Shown in pieces: positions 41,805-51,332 of a DNA stretch of 64,000 nucleotides; within the stretch, counting starts at the first letter, position 1, and every line of letters starts with the position of its first letter. The stretch is from an uncultured candidate division Zixibacteria bacterium (lineage in GTDB: Bacteria > Zixibacteria > MSB-5A5 > UBA10806 > 4484-95): assembly GCA_963668625.2 (NCBI GenBank), contig CAXXKA010000005.1:32001-96000 (forward strand), in the 5' to 3' direction. The notes below the pieces were generated by a model, which was not told the origin of the DNA, did not search any database, and worked only from the letters and a program-made list of their open reading frames with translations. Made by a program: the position numbers and the translations under genes.

Positions 41805-43286
41805 ATGTATAAGTATATAGCTTTACTACTCATTACATTAACTTTCAGATTTGCCTTTGGCGAACCGCAAGTTAGTACAACAACTTTTTTGAATTCCACT
41901 GAACCAACTAAGATGTGTCAGGATTACATTGATAAAGAATATGGCGCCTTGTCAAGAGCTATGCTTAAGCCTACTGGCGGCGCGCTTATCAGAGTTAATA
42001 TGTTGACCAGCACATATTGCAAGTTTATTTTTTGTGATGAACCGGCAAACCGTTTATATATTTTCCATCTTCTGGATACATCACCTGTAAGAACGCCCGT
42101 CAGAATGTCTACGTATGGCTTACAGAAAGATCCCGTATGGTTCAGTATAACTCACGAGGACTCATTAATACCTGATACGATAACAGCTCCATCCATGGAT
42201 AGGGATAGTATTGGCTATTTCTGGAGTCCCGTTGATATCGCAGTTTCCTCATGCGGAAATACCTATTACACGAATCATGATTATATATATGTTGTTGATA
42301 GCGGAAACCGCAGAATTGTCAAACTTCGCTACGATATAATGACTGATTCAATCCTCTGGATCGGTAGTTTTGGAGATGATATTCTAATTGATCCAACCGC
42401 GATCGACTATGCCGATTACAATGATGCTGATACGACTAATGATGATGTTTACGTAACGGATGGTTATCACGCTAAAATATTTCGGTTCTCCGCTACCGGT
42501 GAATACGAAACCTCATACGGCGGGCGAGGCACGAGCCTGGCGGAAATAGGTTATCCGACGGGAATTGCGGTTTCCACAGATACCCAATTGCCTGATAGAA
42601 TTTATATTACCGATTCGAAATACCATCGAGTCATCCGCTATTATTCCGGTACGAGCGGCCCGATAGTAGCTCAAAAACAATATAAATTCCCTCATTATCT
42701 ACCCGGTGATAATAAAGTGCCATATCTAAGCGCTATTGATACGGATGGCGCTGGTAATGTATATGTTTTAGATAGATTTGCGCACAAAATGTATATCCTA
42801 TCAGGCGACATAGAATCAAGAATTAAGGAATATGGAGAATATGGTTTCGGACTGATGCAGTTTAATCACCCATCGGATATTTATATTGATCATACACCGG
42901 TAAACGAGGAGATGGTCGTCTGCGAGATGTGGGATACCACTTCAGGTATTCAATCGTTCGATATTTCCTACAGTATATTTAAAGAAACGGACGAAATCCC
43001 GCTACCCAAAAAGTACAGTCTGTATCAAAATTACCCGAACCCATTCAACTCAGTCACACAAATAAAGTTTGATCTTCCTCGTCCAAGTAATGTTAAGCTG
43101 GAGATTTTTAATATTCTTGGTCAAAAAGTTAAAACTATAAAAAATGATGTAATGCCTGCGGGAAGTCATGCTATTGTTTGGAAAGGCGAAAATGACGCTG
43201 GTGATGAGATATCATCCGGTATGTATTTTTATAAGCTAAGCACATCTGATTATACCGAATCCCGAAAAATGTTATTGCTAAAATAA
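41805..43286 (+). CDS. secreted NHL-repeat protein with T9SS-type C-terminal (FlgD/Por_Secre_tail-like) domain
   Basis: Start ATG 41805 after GGAGG; signal peptide; IYVVDSGNRRI, PTGIAV, IYITDSKYHRV; LYQNYPNPFN...GMYFYKL...KMLLLK. Confidence 0.85.
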   Translation: MYKYIALLLITLTFRFAFGEPQVSTTTFLNSTEPTKMCQDYIDKEYGALSRAMLKPTGGALIRVNMLTSTYCKFIFCDEPANRLYIFHLLDTSPVRTPVRMSTYGLQKDPVWFSITHEDSLIPDTITAPSMDRDSIGYFWSPVDIAVSSCGNTYYTNHDYIYVVDSGNRRIVKLRYDIMTDSILWIGSFGDDILIDPTAIDYADYNDADTTNDDVYVTDGYHAKIFRFSATGEYETSYGGRGTSLAEIGYPTGIAVSTDTQLPDRIYITDSKYHRVIRYYSGTSGPIVAQKQYKFPHYLPGDNKVPYLSAIDTDGAGNVYVLDRFAHKMYILSGDIESRIKEYGEYGFGLMQFNHPSDIYIDHTPVNEEMVVCEMWDTTSGIQSFDISYSIFKETDEIPLPKKYSLYQNYPNPFNSVTQIKFDLPRPSNVKLEIFNILGQKVKTIKNDVMPAGSHAIVWKGENDAGDEISSGMYFYKLSTSDYTESRKMLLLK

Positions 43287-43351
43287 AAAAAGGCGTTCAC
43301 CAGAACGCCTTCAAATCATCGTGGCCGGCAGACATCCCCGTCTGCGGCCGC
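43283..43351. terminator. terminator hairpin (= right copy of the 43-bp direct repeat) followed by an intact REP-like hairpin
   Basis: AAAAAAAGGCGTTC-ACCA-GAACGCCTT between convergent genes (U-tract on the minus strand), then GTGGCCGGCAGACATCCCCGTCTGCGGCCGC. Confidence 0.75.
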
Positions 43352-43361
43352 AGCAAAAATC

Positions 43362-44210
43362 CTAATCTTTAAACATATGCTTGGCTATAAATATGACATT
43401 CTCACGTCGTTCCCGGAGCCGTCTGAGGAAATACGGCAGCCAGTGAGTGCCGAACGGGGTGTAGATACGCATGTTGTAGTCCTGGTCGGCAAGCTCGCGC
43501 TGGGCCGAGCGGTTCACGCCGTAGAGCATCTGGAATTCATATTCGGATTTGTCCTTGCCGTACTTCTCGGCTGTATCGAGCGCGGCCCGTATCATAGCGC
43601 CGTCATGAGTGGCGATAGCCGGGTAGTCGCCGTCTTTTAATAGCATGTCCGTTAGCTTGACATAGTTATTGTTGACATCATCCTTAGCCTGAAAAGCCAC
43701 GGTGGCAGGTTCGCGGTAAGCGCCTTTACACAGGCGGACACGTACGCCATGCTCGTTAAGCTTCTTGATGTCCTCCTCGGAACGATACAGGCTGGCCTGA
43801 ATGACAGTGCCCATCTTCTTGTATTTCTCATGCCATCTGTAGACGAGGTTTAGCGTCCTTTCGGTGTAGTCGGAGCCTTCCATATCGACGCGCACGAAAA
43901 TGCCCAGTTCGTTGGCTTTATCGAGAATGCGGCTGACATTGTCATAGCAAAAATCATCCGATATATCCATCCCCATCTGGGTGAGCTTGACCGAGACATG
44001 CGAATTAAGCGCATGGTCATGGATTACCTGAAGTAAATTTATATAAGCATCGGCAGTTCGTATCGCCATCTCCTGGTTTTTTACATTCTCGCCCAGAATA
44101 TCCAGTGATGTGCTCATGCCCATACCGTTAAGCTCCTTAACATACCTGATGGCTTCTTCGGGAGTCTCACCGGCAACGAATCTTTTAGCTAAAAACGTTA
44201 ATATTTTCAA
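43362..44210 (-). CDS. monofunctional proline dehydrogenase
   Basis: RFVAGET, LDILGEN, SVKLTQMG, VDMEGS, RLCKGAY, ATHD, EFQMLYG and RRLRER motifs. TTG start at 44210 after GGAGG. Confidence 0.93.
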   Translation of the reverse strand: MKILTFLAKRFVAGETPEEAIRYVKELNGMGMSTSLDILGENVKNQEMAIRTADAYINLLQVIHDHALNSHVSVKLTQMGMDISDDFCYDNVSRILDKANELGIFVRVDMEGSDYTERTLNLVYRWHEKYKKMGTVIQASLYRSEEDIKKLNEHGVRVRLCKGAYREPATVAFQAKDDVNNNYVKLTDMLLKDGDYPAIATHDGAMIRAALDTAEKYGKDKSEYEFQMLYGVNRSAQRELADQDYNMRIYTPFGTHWLPYFLRRLRERRENVIFIAKHMFKD

Positions 44211-44557
44211 CGTTGACCTCCTAAAAACAGTTGTATGAAATCTAAAAAGGTAAGGCCTAATTAGCAAGTGAAATATTTATCAATCTTCCATAAGACGTTA
44301 AAATATAAGTAAATATCGCGATTATGCGGGATTATTAGTGTCGTGATAAACGGCGGATGGGGAAGGGCTGTCTTAAAAGCGTAGTTCTTGTGGCCGCCGG
44401 ATGTCCTCGTCCGCCGGCTTTCCTTTGCAGGTATACAAGTTGGGATAATCCATTTGGGCAAGCGATGACATACCCCAACCACAAACATCTTTAGTAGATA
44501 ATGACGCTTCGCTTAAAACGGATACACCGGGTAAACCGGTGTTTTTTTAGGATCAAT

Positions 44558-44586
44558 AAAAAAGCCCCGCTAAAAAGCGAGGCTTC
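44558..44586 (-). terminator. rho-independent terminator
   Basis: AAAAAAGCCCCGCT-AAAA-AGCGAGGCTT downstream of the 44609 gene. Confidence 0.6.
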
Positions 44587-44608
44587 GAATTAACAACTTC
44601 GGAAAAAC

Positions 44609-46234
44609 CTATTTTAAAAGCATCATAGACTTTTGCTCGACCTCATCACCGGCATGAATCCTGTAAAAATACATACCCGAGGCGGATGAACCGGCTTTCC
44701 ATACCACTCTATGCGCACCGGCGTTCTGATCCTCATCTACGAGTGTGACAACCTTGCGGCCGAGGATATCATAAATATCCAGAGTTACCCGGCTGTCCTG
44801 TTTGATATTATACTCGATAGTAGTCGTGGCGTTAAACGGGTTGGGATAATTTTGTTTGAGCGCGAAAGAACCGGGAAGGTTATCGTTATCATCAATACCC
44901 GTCCAGAAATCAAGGGCTAAATCAATATCGGTATATATATCATAGCCGACAGTTACATTAGTGACAGTGTCCTCATCATAAACAAGCATGGGATCCTCGA
45001 AATAGATATCGTAACTACCGGGATTGATTATCTCGAGACTATAGAATCCCAGGCTGTCGGTTATAGTCATTATCGAGGGCTGACCCAGTATTGAAACCTG
45101 GATACCGCCGACAGGATCGTCATTACCGGCGAACGTGACAGTACCCGATATACCACCGGGCATGTGAAGAGTCATATCGAGTGTCGAAACAGAATCGTAA
45201 GCAGCGGTAACGGCGTAAGAGACCGTGTCGAAATAATCCGAGTGGCTGAATGTTACATCATAATCATCCGGTTCGAGCCCCCTGAATTCATAAACACCGT
45301 TCAAGCCGGTATATACCGATTGTTCGCCAATGATAACTTCGATATCGGAAATAGGATCACCGAGGTAATCGGTAACCGTACCGGATATGATACCCAGCAT
45401 ATTCAGTACGAAATCCTGGTATGTGTGCTCGTTCTCATATACCGTAATCGTAACCGAGTGTGACGCGTAATCGGGATGGTCAACAATCAGTGTGAAGTCG
45501 GTAAAAGGGTAATGACCCATATGATAGTCGCCTTCGCTATCGGTAGAAGTCTGCTTTCCTGTCTCCTCGACCGTGACATTGATTCCCTCGATCGGGTTAT
45601 CTGCTATATCAATGATAGTACCCTCGAGATAACCACCACCATTGAAATGGAACATCGGGAAAGTCTCGACCATGATATATACGTCCTCGGCGAGCGTATC
45701 ACCGGCATTTGATGGCCCCTGGTAGGGGTTCAACCCCGGGCATAATGCCAATACATCATCTCCGATATTAAGAGAATCGTTAGCGGTTTTAATTACGAAT
45801 TTGGCTGCCATATAATCACCAAGCGAGATAAACCAGGGCGATTCACTGGTGGGGTAGAACCGGGCCCAACCCATCAAAGAATGAGCCGACCAACCCTCGG
45901 GGTTCGGCGGTGAGCCGTAAGCCTCGGTAAAATACGCGCCATCCCATTCGGTCAGAGGATAATACAATTCACCCTCGGTTTCGCTTAGCAGGCTGTCCAC
46001 GTATTTATCCATAGTGCCAAGAGGCAAATGTAAATCAGCAACATGATTATTAGCGCCGGTAAAGATATAAACAGGTATATTTAAACGTTGATTGATCTCA
46101 ACGTTCATAGTCTGACCGGTTGCATTACCATATGATATATATAAACTGTCAGTTTGGCTGTACACTTTGGTTGGCGCGGCAATTAATACAATAAAAGATG
46201 CGCAAACAATAAAATATTCAAGCAATCGTTTCAC
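44609..46234 (-). CDS. secreted protein with three carboxypeptidase-regulatory-like domains and T9SS-type CTD
   Basis: Signal peptide; repeated G.ISGTVT...PI..I.V...T...G.Y units; QNYPNPFN...GMYFYRI...SMMLLK. Confidence 0.82.
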   Translation of the reverse strand: MKRLLEYFIVCASFIVLIAAPTKVYSQTDSLYISYGNATGQTMNVEINQRLNIPVYIFTGANNHVADLHLPLGTMDKYVDSLLSETEGELYYPLTEWDGAYFTEAYGSPPNPEGWSAHSLMGWARFYPTSESPWFISLGDYMAAKFVIKTANDSLNIGDDVLALCPGLNPYQGPSNAGDTLAEDVYIMVETFPMFHFNGGGYLEGTIIDIADNPIEGINVTVEETGKQTSTDSEGDYHMGHYPFTDFTLIVDHPDYASHSVTITVYENEHTYQDFVLNMLGIISGTVTDYLGDPISDIEVIIGEQSVYTGLNGVYEFRGLEPDDYDVTFSHSDYFDTVSYAVTAAYDSVSTLDMTLHMPGGISGTVTFAGNDDPVGGIQVSILGQPSIMTITDSLGFYSLEIINPGSYDIYFEDPMLVYDEDTVTNVTVGYDIYTDIDLALDFWTGIDDNDNLPGSFALKQNYPNPFNATTTIEYNIKQDSRVTLDIYDILGRKVVTLVDEDQNAGAHRVVWKAGSSASGMYFYRIHAGDEVEQKSMMLLK

Positions 46235-46448
46235 TAATTATTTCCTCCACGCTTGGTCAAAATAGTTATTCTTCATCATTTCAAATTGATTAATCCTTTG
46301 CCGTAAGATACCAATTATTAAGGATTTGTCAATACTATTTATGTAAAGTAAGGATTAATCGGAGCTAATTAATAGTAGCCTTTTTAGTATAAATATAACA
46401 GTGCAAAAGTAACATTAAATGTGCCGGTAACGGCTCGAGATGATTGGT

Positions 46449-47618
46449 TTAATCATCTTTCGGGGGAGAGGCGCTTTTCTCTATATCCAGCATATCTAAG
46501 TTGTTGGTATAGTTAGTCGTAATCGGTTCTACGATTTTCATTAGTTTCTGGGTAACCTCGCGAATCCTGATTGCGCTTTTCTCGATTGTGTTAATTTTCG
46601 CAACAACCGCCTCGGGGAGAGTATCTTTTTGTAGAAGAAGCAACTGGGTGTTACCCAAAACCGCCGTAAGGGGATTATTAATTTCATGATTCAAGGCAAC
46701 AGCGGTTTCCAATATTGCCGCTATTCGTTCGCCTTTAACAATCAGCTTATGATCCTTTTTAAGCTTGCTGAAAGCATCAACGATCTCATCATAACTGGAG
46801 GGCTTGACAATGTCGTTAAGCCTGCTTCTGAATTTCGATATGATCACATCATCGTTTTCGAAATTCCCCGAAAGTAAAAACTTGAAAGACTGCCTGCCTA
46901 AATTGAAACCATTAGTTATAATCCTGTTGTATTTTTCGATACCGGGTAGTTCATCCAAAACGTCCTCGGTAATTTTATTTTCAACCCGGCCATCAGGCAA
47001 ATCCACTATCGATTTCAAGTTATTATTCAAATCGAGATTTTTAAAACCTTCCCGGTCACGCCAATACGCTTCATCACTTTGTGATTCATCCAGGGCTAAC
47101 AGCCAGTTAACTCCCAGCATCTCCAGTTCAGGATAAAGCTGATCTAAAATAGCCGGTAACTCCACCGCCTGGTTCACCGGCGTGATAGCCAGTGCCAGAA
47201 GAATATTCGATTGATACAGCTCCAGCACCTGACGGATGATGTGGCGCAGGGGATGATTACGAGCGGTCATCACCATAAGCACGCCGAATGTCCCGCGTGG
47301 TTGGCGAAGAGCCGCGCAGGATATAACCGGCCTGTCGCCGCTACTCAGAGCGTACTCGGCAGAATCTATTTCCATGGAGCGCAACTGCTCTTTATATTTC
47401 ATAAAGACATCTTTATGTGTCAAATCGCCCACGTATTTTTCCTTAACATCCATTTGAGGCGTATCCAGGTAGAAATACGCAGCCTCCGGGCTGAGAAAAC
47501 CTTTAACGCCCTCTATGATGTTATCCTCAAGCCCCTCAACGGATCCGTTGAAAGCCCCTGACAGTGAGTCGATTAAATTGTATACTTTAAACTTATCCAT
47601 ATTCATAACTATCTGCAA
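46449..47618 (-). CDS. HisKA (phospho-acceptor) domain protein lacking HATPase
   Basis: C-terminal HEINNPLTAVLG helix pair; no N/G boxes follow. Confidence 0.7.
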   Translation of the reverse strand: MQIVMNMDKFKVYNLIDSLSGAFNGSVEGLEDNIIEGVKGFLSPEAAYFYLDTPQMDVKEKYVGDLTHKDVFMKYKEQLRSMEIDSAEYALSSGDRPVISCAALRQPRGTFGVLMVMTARNHPLRHIIRQVLELYQSNILLALAITPVNQAVELPAILDQLYPELEMLGVNWLLALDESQSDEAYWRDREGFKNLDLNNNLKSIVDLPDGRVENKITEDVLDELPGIEKYNRIITNGFNLGRQSFKFLLSGNFENDDVIISKFRSRLNDIVKPSSYDEIVDAFSKLKKDHKLIVKGERIAAILETAVALNHEINNPLTAVLGNTQLLLLQKDTLPEAVVAKINTIEKSAIRIREVTQKLMKIVEPITTNYTNNLDMLDIEKSASPPKDD

Positions 47619-47734
47619 AAACCAGGCCGAAATACACGAGGTTTATTTGCCCCGTAATATACTTGACTTTTATGACCCCAGTCAATATTATTTCAACCTC
47701 ATGTTTGGTATCGGTTAAAATATAAGGTAGATAA

Positions 47735-49099
47735 ATGATTAATGACAAATGCGGCGTGTTTGGTATCACCGGCACCCGAAATGCTGCAATTCTAACCTAT
47801 TTCGGCCTTTATGCCCTTCAACACAGAGGGCAGGAATCCTGCGGAATAGTCACTAATGATGGCAAAAAGTTCAATTGGAAACGTGGAATGGGCAAAGTTG
47901 ATGAGGTTTTCTCCTCTCTGGATGATCTAAAAGGCTTAAAAGGCCGTATGGCTATCGGCCATAATCGCTATTCCACCACCGGGGAATCATCGACGGTGAA
48001 TATTCAGCCTCTGGTTTTTAGCTATAAAAACGGTCCGCTGGCTATCGGCCACAATGGTAACTTAACTAATTACCACAAGTTACGCGCTTATATGGAAAAG
48101 CAGGGGTCGATATTTTCCTCAACCTCGGATACAGAATTAATCATGCATTTAATCGCTAAATCAAAAAAAGACCGTATCGAGGAAGCCCTGGCAGAGGCAT
48201 TAAGTAAAATAACCGGCGCATACTCGCTGGTGCTATTATCCGGCGATAATATAGTGGCCGTGCGAGACCCTGTTGGTGTCAGGCCCTTAGCACTTGGCAA
48301 ATTGCGAAAGTCATGGGTGGTTGCCTCGGAAACTTGCGCATTCGATATAATCGGCGCTAAATATATCCGGGATGTCGAACCGGGTGAGATTCTTGTCTTA
48401 AACGGTAAAGGCTTGCAGTCATACCATCTACTTAAAAAGCAAAAAAACGCATTCTGTATATTCGAGTATATCTATTTCAGCCGTCCCGATTCGATGATAT
48501 TCGGCAGCAATGTAGATAAAGTCAGGCGAAGGTTAGGCCGTCAACTGGCAAAGGAGCACCCGGTTGATGCCGATATAGTGATCTCAATACCCGATAGCTC
48601 TAACACGATAGCTCTTGGTTACTCGGAGGAGTCCGGTATTCCATTCGATATAGGGTTAATCCGCAATCACTATGTAGGTCGCTCGTTTATTCGGCCAGAG
48701 CAAAAAATACGAGACCTTGATGTTAAGATCAAGTTCAATCCTATTCAAGGAGTACTGAAAAATAAAAAGGTTATAGTCGTTGATGACTCGATCGTGCGGG
48801 GAACTACCTCCGGCAAACTGTGTAAGATTATACGCGAGGCCGGCGCAAAGGAGGTGCATCTGAGGATATCTGCGCCGCCTATCAAATGGCCATGTTTTTA
48901 CGGTATCAATATGCCCACCAGGCGGGAGCTGATTGCCTCCAATCGCTCGGTTGAATCGATCAGGAAAGTGCTCGGAGTGGATTCGCTGGGATACCTGTCG
49001 CTTAAGGGCTTAATCAGCCTTCCGGCCTTACCGGATGCAGGTTTTTGCCATGCCTGTTTTTCGGGGAAATATACCATAAAAACTAATGAAAAATTCTAA
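47735..49099 (+). CDS. purF: amidophosphoribosyltransferase
   Basis: CGVFG, LQHRGQE, GHNRYST, HNGNL, FEYIYFSRPDS, VDDSIVRGTT and CHACF. Confidence 0.97.
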   Translation: MINDKCGVFGITGTRNAAILTYFGLYALQHRGQESCGIVTNDGKKFNWKRGMGKVDEVFSSLDDLKGLKGRMAIGHNRYSTTGESSTVNIQPLVFSYKNGPLAIGHNGNLTNYHKLRAYMEKQGSIFSSTSDTELIMHLIAKSKKDRIEEALAEALSKITGAYSLVLLSGDNIVAVRDPVGVRPLALGKLRKSWVVASETCAFDIIGAKYIRDVEPGEILVLNGKGLQSYHLLKKQKNAFCIFEYIYFSRPDSMIFGSNVDKVRRRLGRQLAKEHPVDADIVISIPDSSNTIALGYSEESGIPFDIGLIRNHYVGRSFIRPEQKIRDLDVKIKFNPIQGVLKNKKVIVVDDSIVRGTTSGKLCKIIREAGAKEVHLRISAPPIKWPCFYGINMPTRRELIASNRSVESIRKVLGVDSLGYLSLKGLISLPALPDAGFCHACFSGKYTIKTNEKF

Positions 49100-49219
49100 A
49101 ACTGTTTCTATTTGACATTGCACTAATTATAAAGTAAAGGTGTATACTAATAATCCGATATATGTAACAACTGAATAGTGTATCGCCTTGTCGCGTAAGA
49201 TATTAGGCTTATTAGAGCT

Positions 49220-49256
49220 AGGCACAATTGATAATTTTATCGGTTGTGCCTTTTTT
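49220..49256 (+). terminator. rho-independent terminator
   Basis: AGGCACAATTGATAA-TT-TTATCGGTTGTGCCT followed by a T-tract. Confidence 0.65.
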
Positions 49257-49522
49257 GTTGAAAGGAATTATAAGTGGACATCGCTTACTATGCATATGTC
49301 TATCATATTGATAATAAAAGAATAGCAATTGATTTCCCTAAAACAGGTAATAATATGCCTGTAGTATCATTATTACTATACTATATTATTAGAACTATTA
49401 TTCTTGCCTACGCAAAGCTATCTATATATATTGTTTTATATATTGACAGTATGTCAATCACATGGGGTTTAACAATTACTATTACAGAATATATATCCAT
49501 TAATATAGTTTGGGAGGGGTAA

Positions 49523-50293
49523 ATGTGTGTTAGTGGCAATATTATGGTTGCCAGCGTAGATTATAATTTTATTACTCGCACATTGCAAATCGTCTCTCAT
49601 CAGGGGTATGAATGTGAAGCCGTATATGATAACGATTCTGCATTTATAAAACTGATCAATGGTAAATACAATCTGGTAATTATCGATATGAGCATGCCCG
49701 GAGGAAAAGACCTTGAATTGGCTTATAAAATCAGGAATGATTTCGAGTATCTGCCAATAATCATCGTTACTGATACATACAATCAGGATATAGCTATAGA
49801 GCTGATTGAGCTAAATATCGTTGCATTCATAAATAAATATTATAAAGAAAACCAACTAATCAGAATCATCGATAATGCTTTGAACTCCAGAAAACAACAT
49901 TTGATGCTTAAAGAAAATATACAGGTATTGAATGAATGGAGTTCGGATTTAAATAAGCTCTTAAAATTTAATTTTAATAGAATAAATGTCTCCATGACAG
50001 ATAAGAATTACTCGGCTATTACCATGAATAATATGATCAAATGCTTAAATAGCATTAACAATATGATGAATATAACTCAATCTGATGAATCGAAACCAAA
50101 CATTGGCGCAGAGAACGATCGCACGAGGTTGAATATATTAACGAAGACGTTGATCGAGGCGGTAAAGGTGATAGACAGTACTAAAAGTTCATTCAAATCA
50201 AAGGAATTGGGCAATTTAAAGAAAAAAATACTTGATGTCTTAGCTGAAACAGTTGGCTGGGAATCCAAATCGAAAAATACGACGAAATACTGA
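49523..50293 (+). CDS. response regulator receiver protein
   Basis: N-terminal REC (LVIIDMSMPG, PIIIVT) with an uncharacterised helical C-terminus. Confidence 0.75.
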   Translation: MCVSGNIMVASVDYNFITRTLQIVSHQGYECEAVYDNDSAFIKLINGKYNLVIIDMSMPGGKDLELAYKIRNDFEYLPIIIVTDTYNQDIAIELIELNIVAFINKYYKENQLIRIIDNALNSRKQHLMLKENIQVLNEWSSDLNKLLKFNFNRINVSMTDKNYSAITMNNMIKCLNSINNMMNITQSDESKPNIGAENDRTRLNILTKTLIEAVKVIDSTKSSFKSKELGNLKKKILDVLAETVGWESKSKNTTKY

Positions 50294-50407
50294 ATTCGGG
50301 ATGTCAATATTCAGGGGCCTTGAATTGACATAAGTATACCAGATTGATCCGGCCAATCGTTTATAATTTAGCAAACCGTATCACATGCTAGAACGAGGTT
50401 GGAGATA

Positions 50408-51124
50408 ATGAAAGTACTACTTTTTGATAAGGATAGTAAAAATCTTACCTTTTGTCAGTCGGTCTTGCACTTGAACGATTTCGATTGTATACTGGCTACA
50501 TCTTACGATGAGGCTGTCAACTATCTGCATTCCGATTCTACGATTAATATAATTATCTGTGCCGTACCTTTATCTAACGAGGAAGGATTCGCGTTTTTAA
50601 AATATGCAAGGACTAATCTTCGGTTCAATCATATCCCGGTAATGGTCATTGCGGAGTGCAGTGAAAAAGAGCACATATTAAGATGCAAACAATTGGGAAT
50701 TAAAGATATTCTGGCCAAGCCCATAAATAAAGAGATATTGCTCGAGCGACTTCAACGCTCTCTCGATAGGAATTGCGGTACTGTTCTACTCGTTTCCCAG
50801 GATCAAACGGTACTTGACATTTTAAGCAAAACGATTGAACGAGAAAAATATAAGACTCTTGCTGTATATTCCTTGCCCGATGCCATACGGATCATTAATG
50901 AGGATAAAATCGATCTGATTATAACCGACCTGAATATTCATCCCGATAACGGGCTGGAATTGCTGGTGCAGGCTAAAGAGTTCTCACCCTCTTTGCCGGT
51001 AGTATTGATTACTGGATATGCCGGACTCAATCGGGAGGATGCTATTCAAGCCGGCGCCGACAACTCGATTGAAAAGCCATTCCATAATATCCAGATAAAA
51101 AGGATACTCAAGAGCCTTATCTAG
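50408..51124 (+). CDS. tandem receiver-domain protein
   Basis: Two REC folds (IPVMVI..AKP; DLIITDL..LITG..EKPF); the first lacks the phospho-Asp. Confidence 0.75.
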   Translation: MKVLLFDKDSKNLTFCQSVLHLNDFDCILATSYDEAVNYLHSDSTINIIICAVPLSNEEGFAFLKYARTNLRFNHIPVMVIAECSEKEHILRCKQLGIKDILAKPINKEILLERLQRSLDRNCGTVLLVSQDQTVLDILSKTIEREKYKTLAVYSLPDAIRIINEDKIDLIITDLNIHPDNGLELLVQAKEFSPSLPVVLITGYAGLNREDAIQAGADNSIEKPFHNIQIKRILKSLI

Positions 51125-51332
51125 CCCATGAGCAGCTAGGAAATATATCGATTTTGAGGTATTAGTAGCAACGCCGCACCATGATACTGAGATGGTTGAT
51201 TAATTAGCTGCATAAAATATTGTATCATAATGTCTAATGCAAATTAAAGACACCATTATAAAACGCCGAGATTCTATATAATGAGCGAAATATTAATGAA
51301 TTAAGAGATTTTCGGTTTTGGTCAATTCATAA

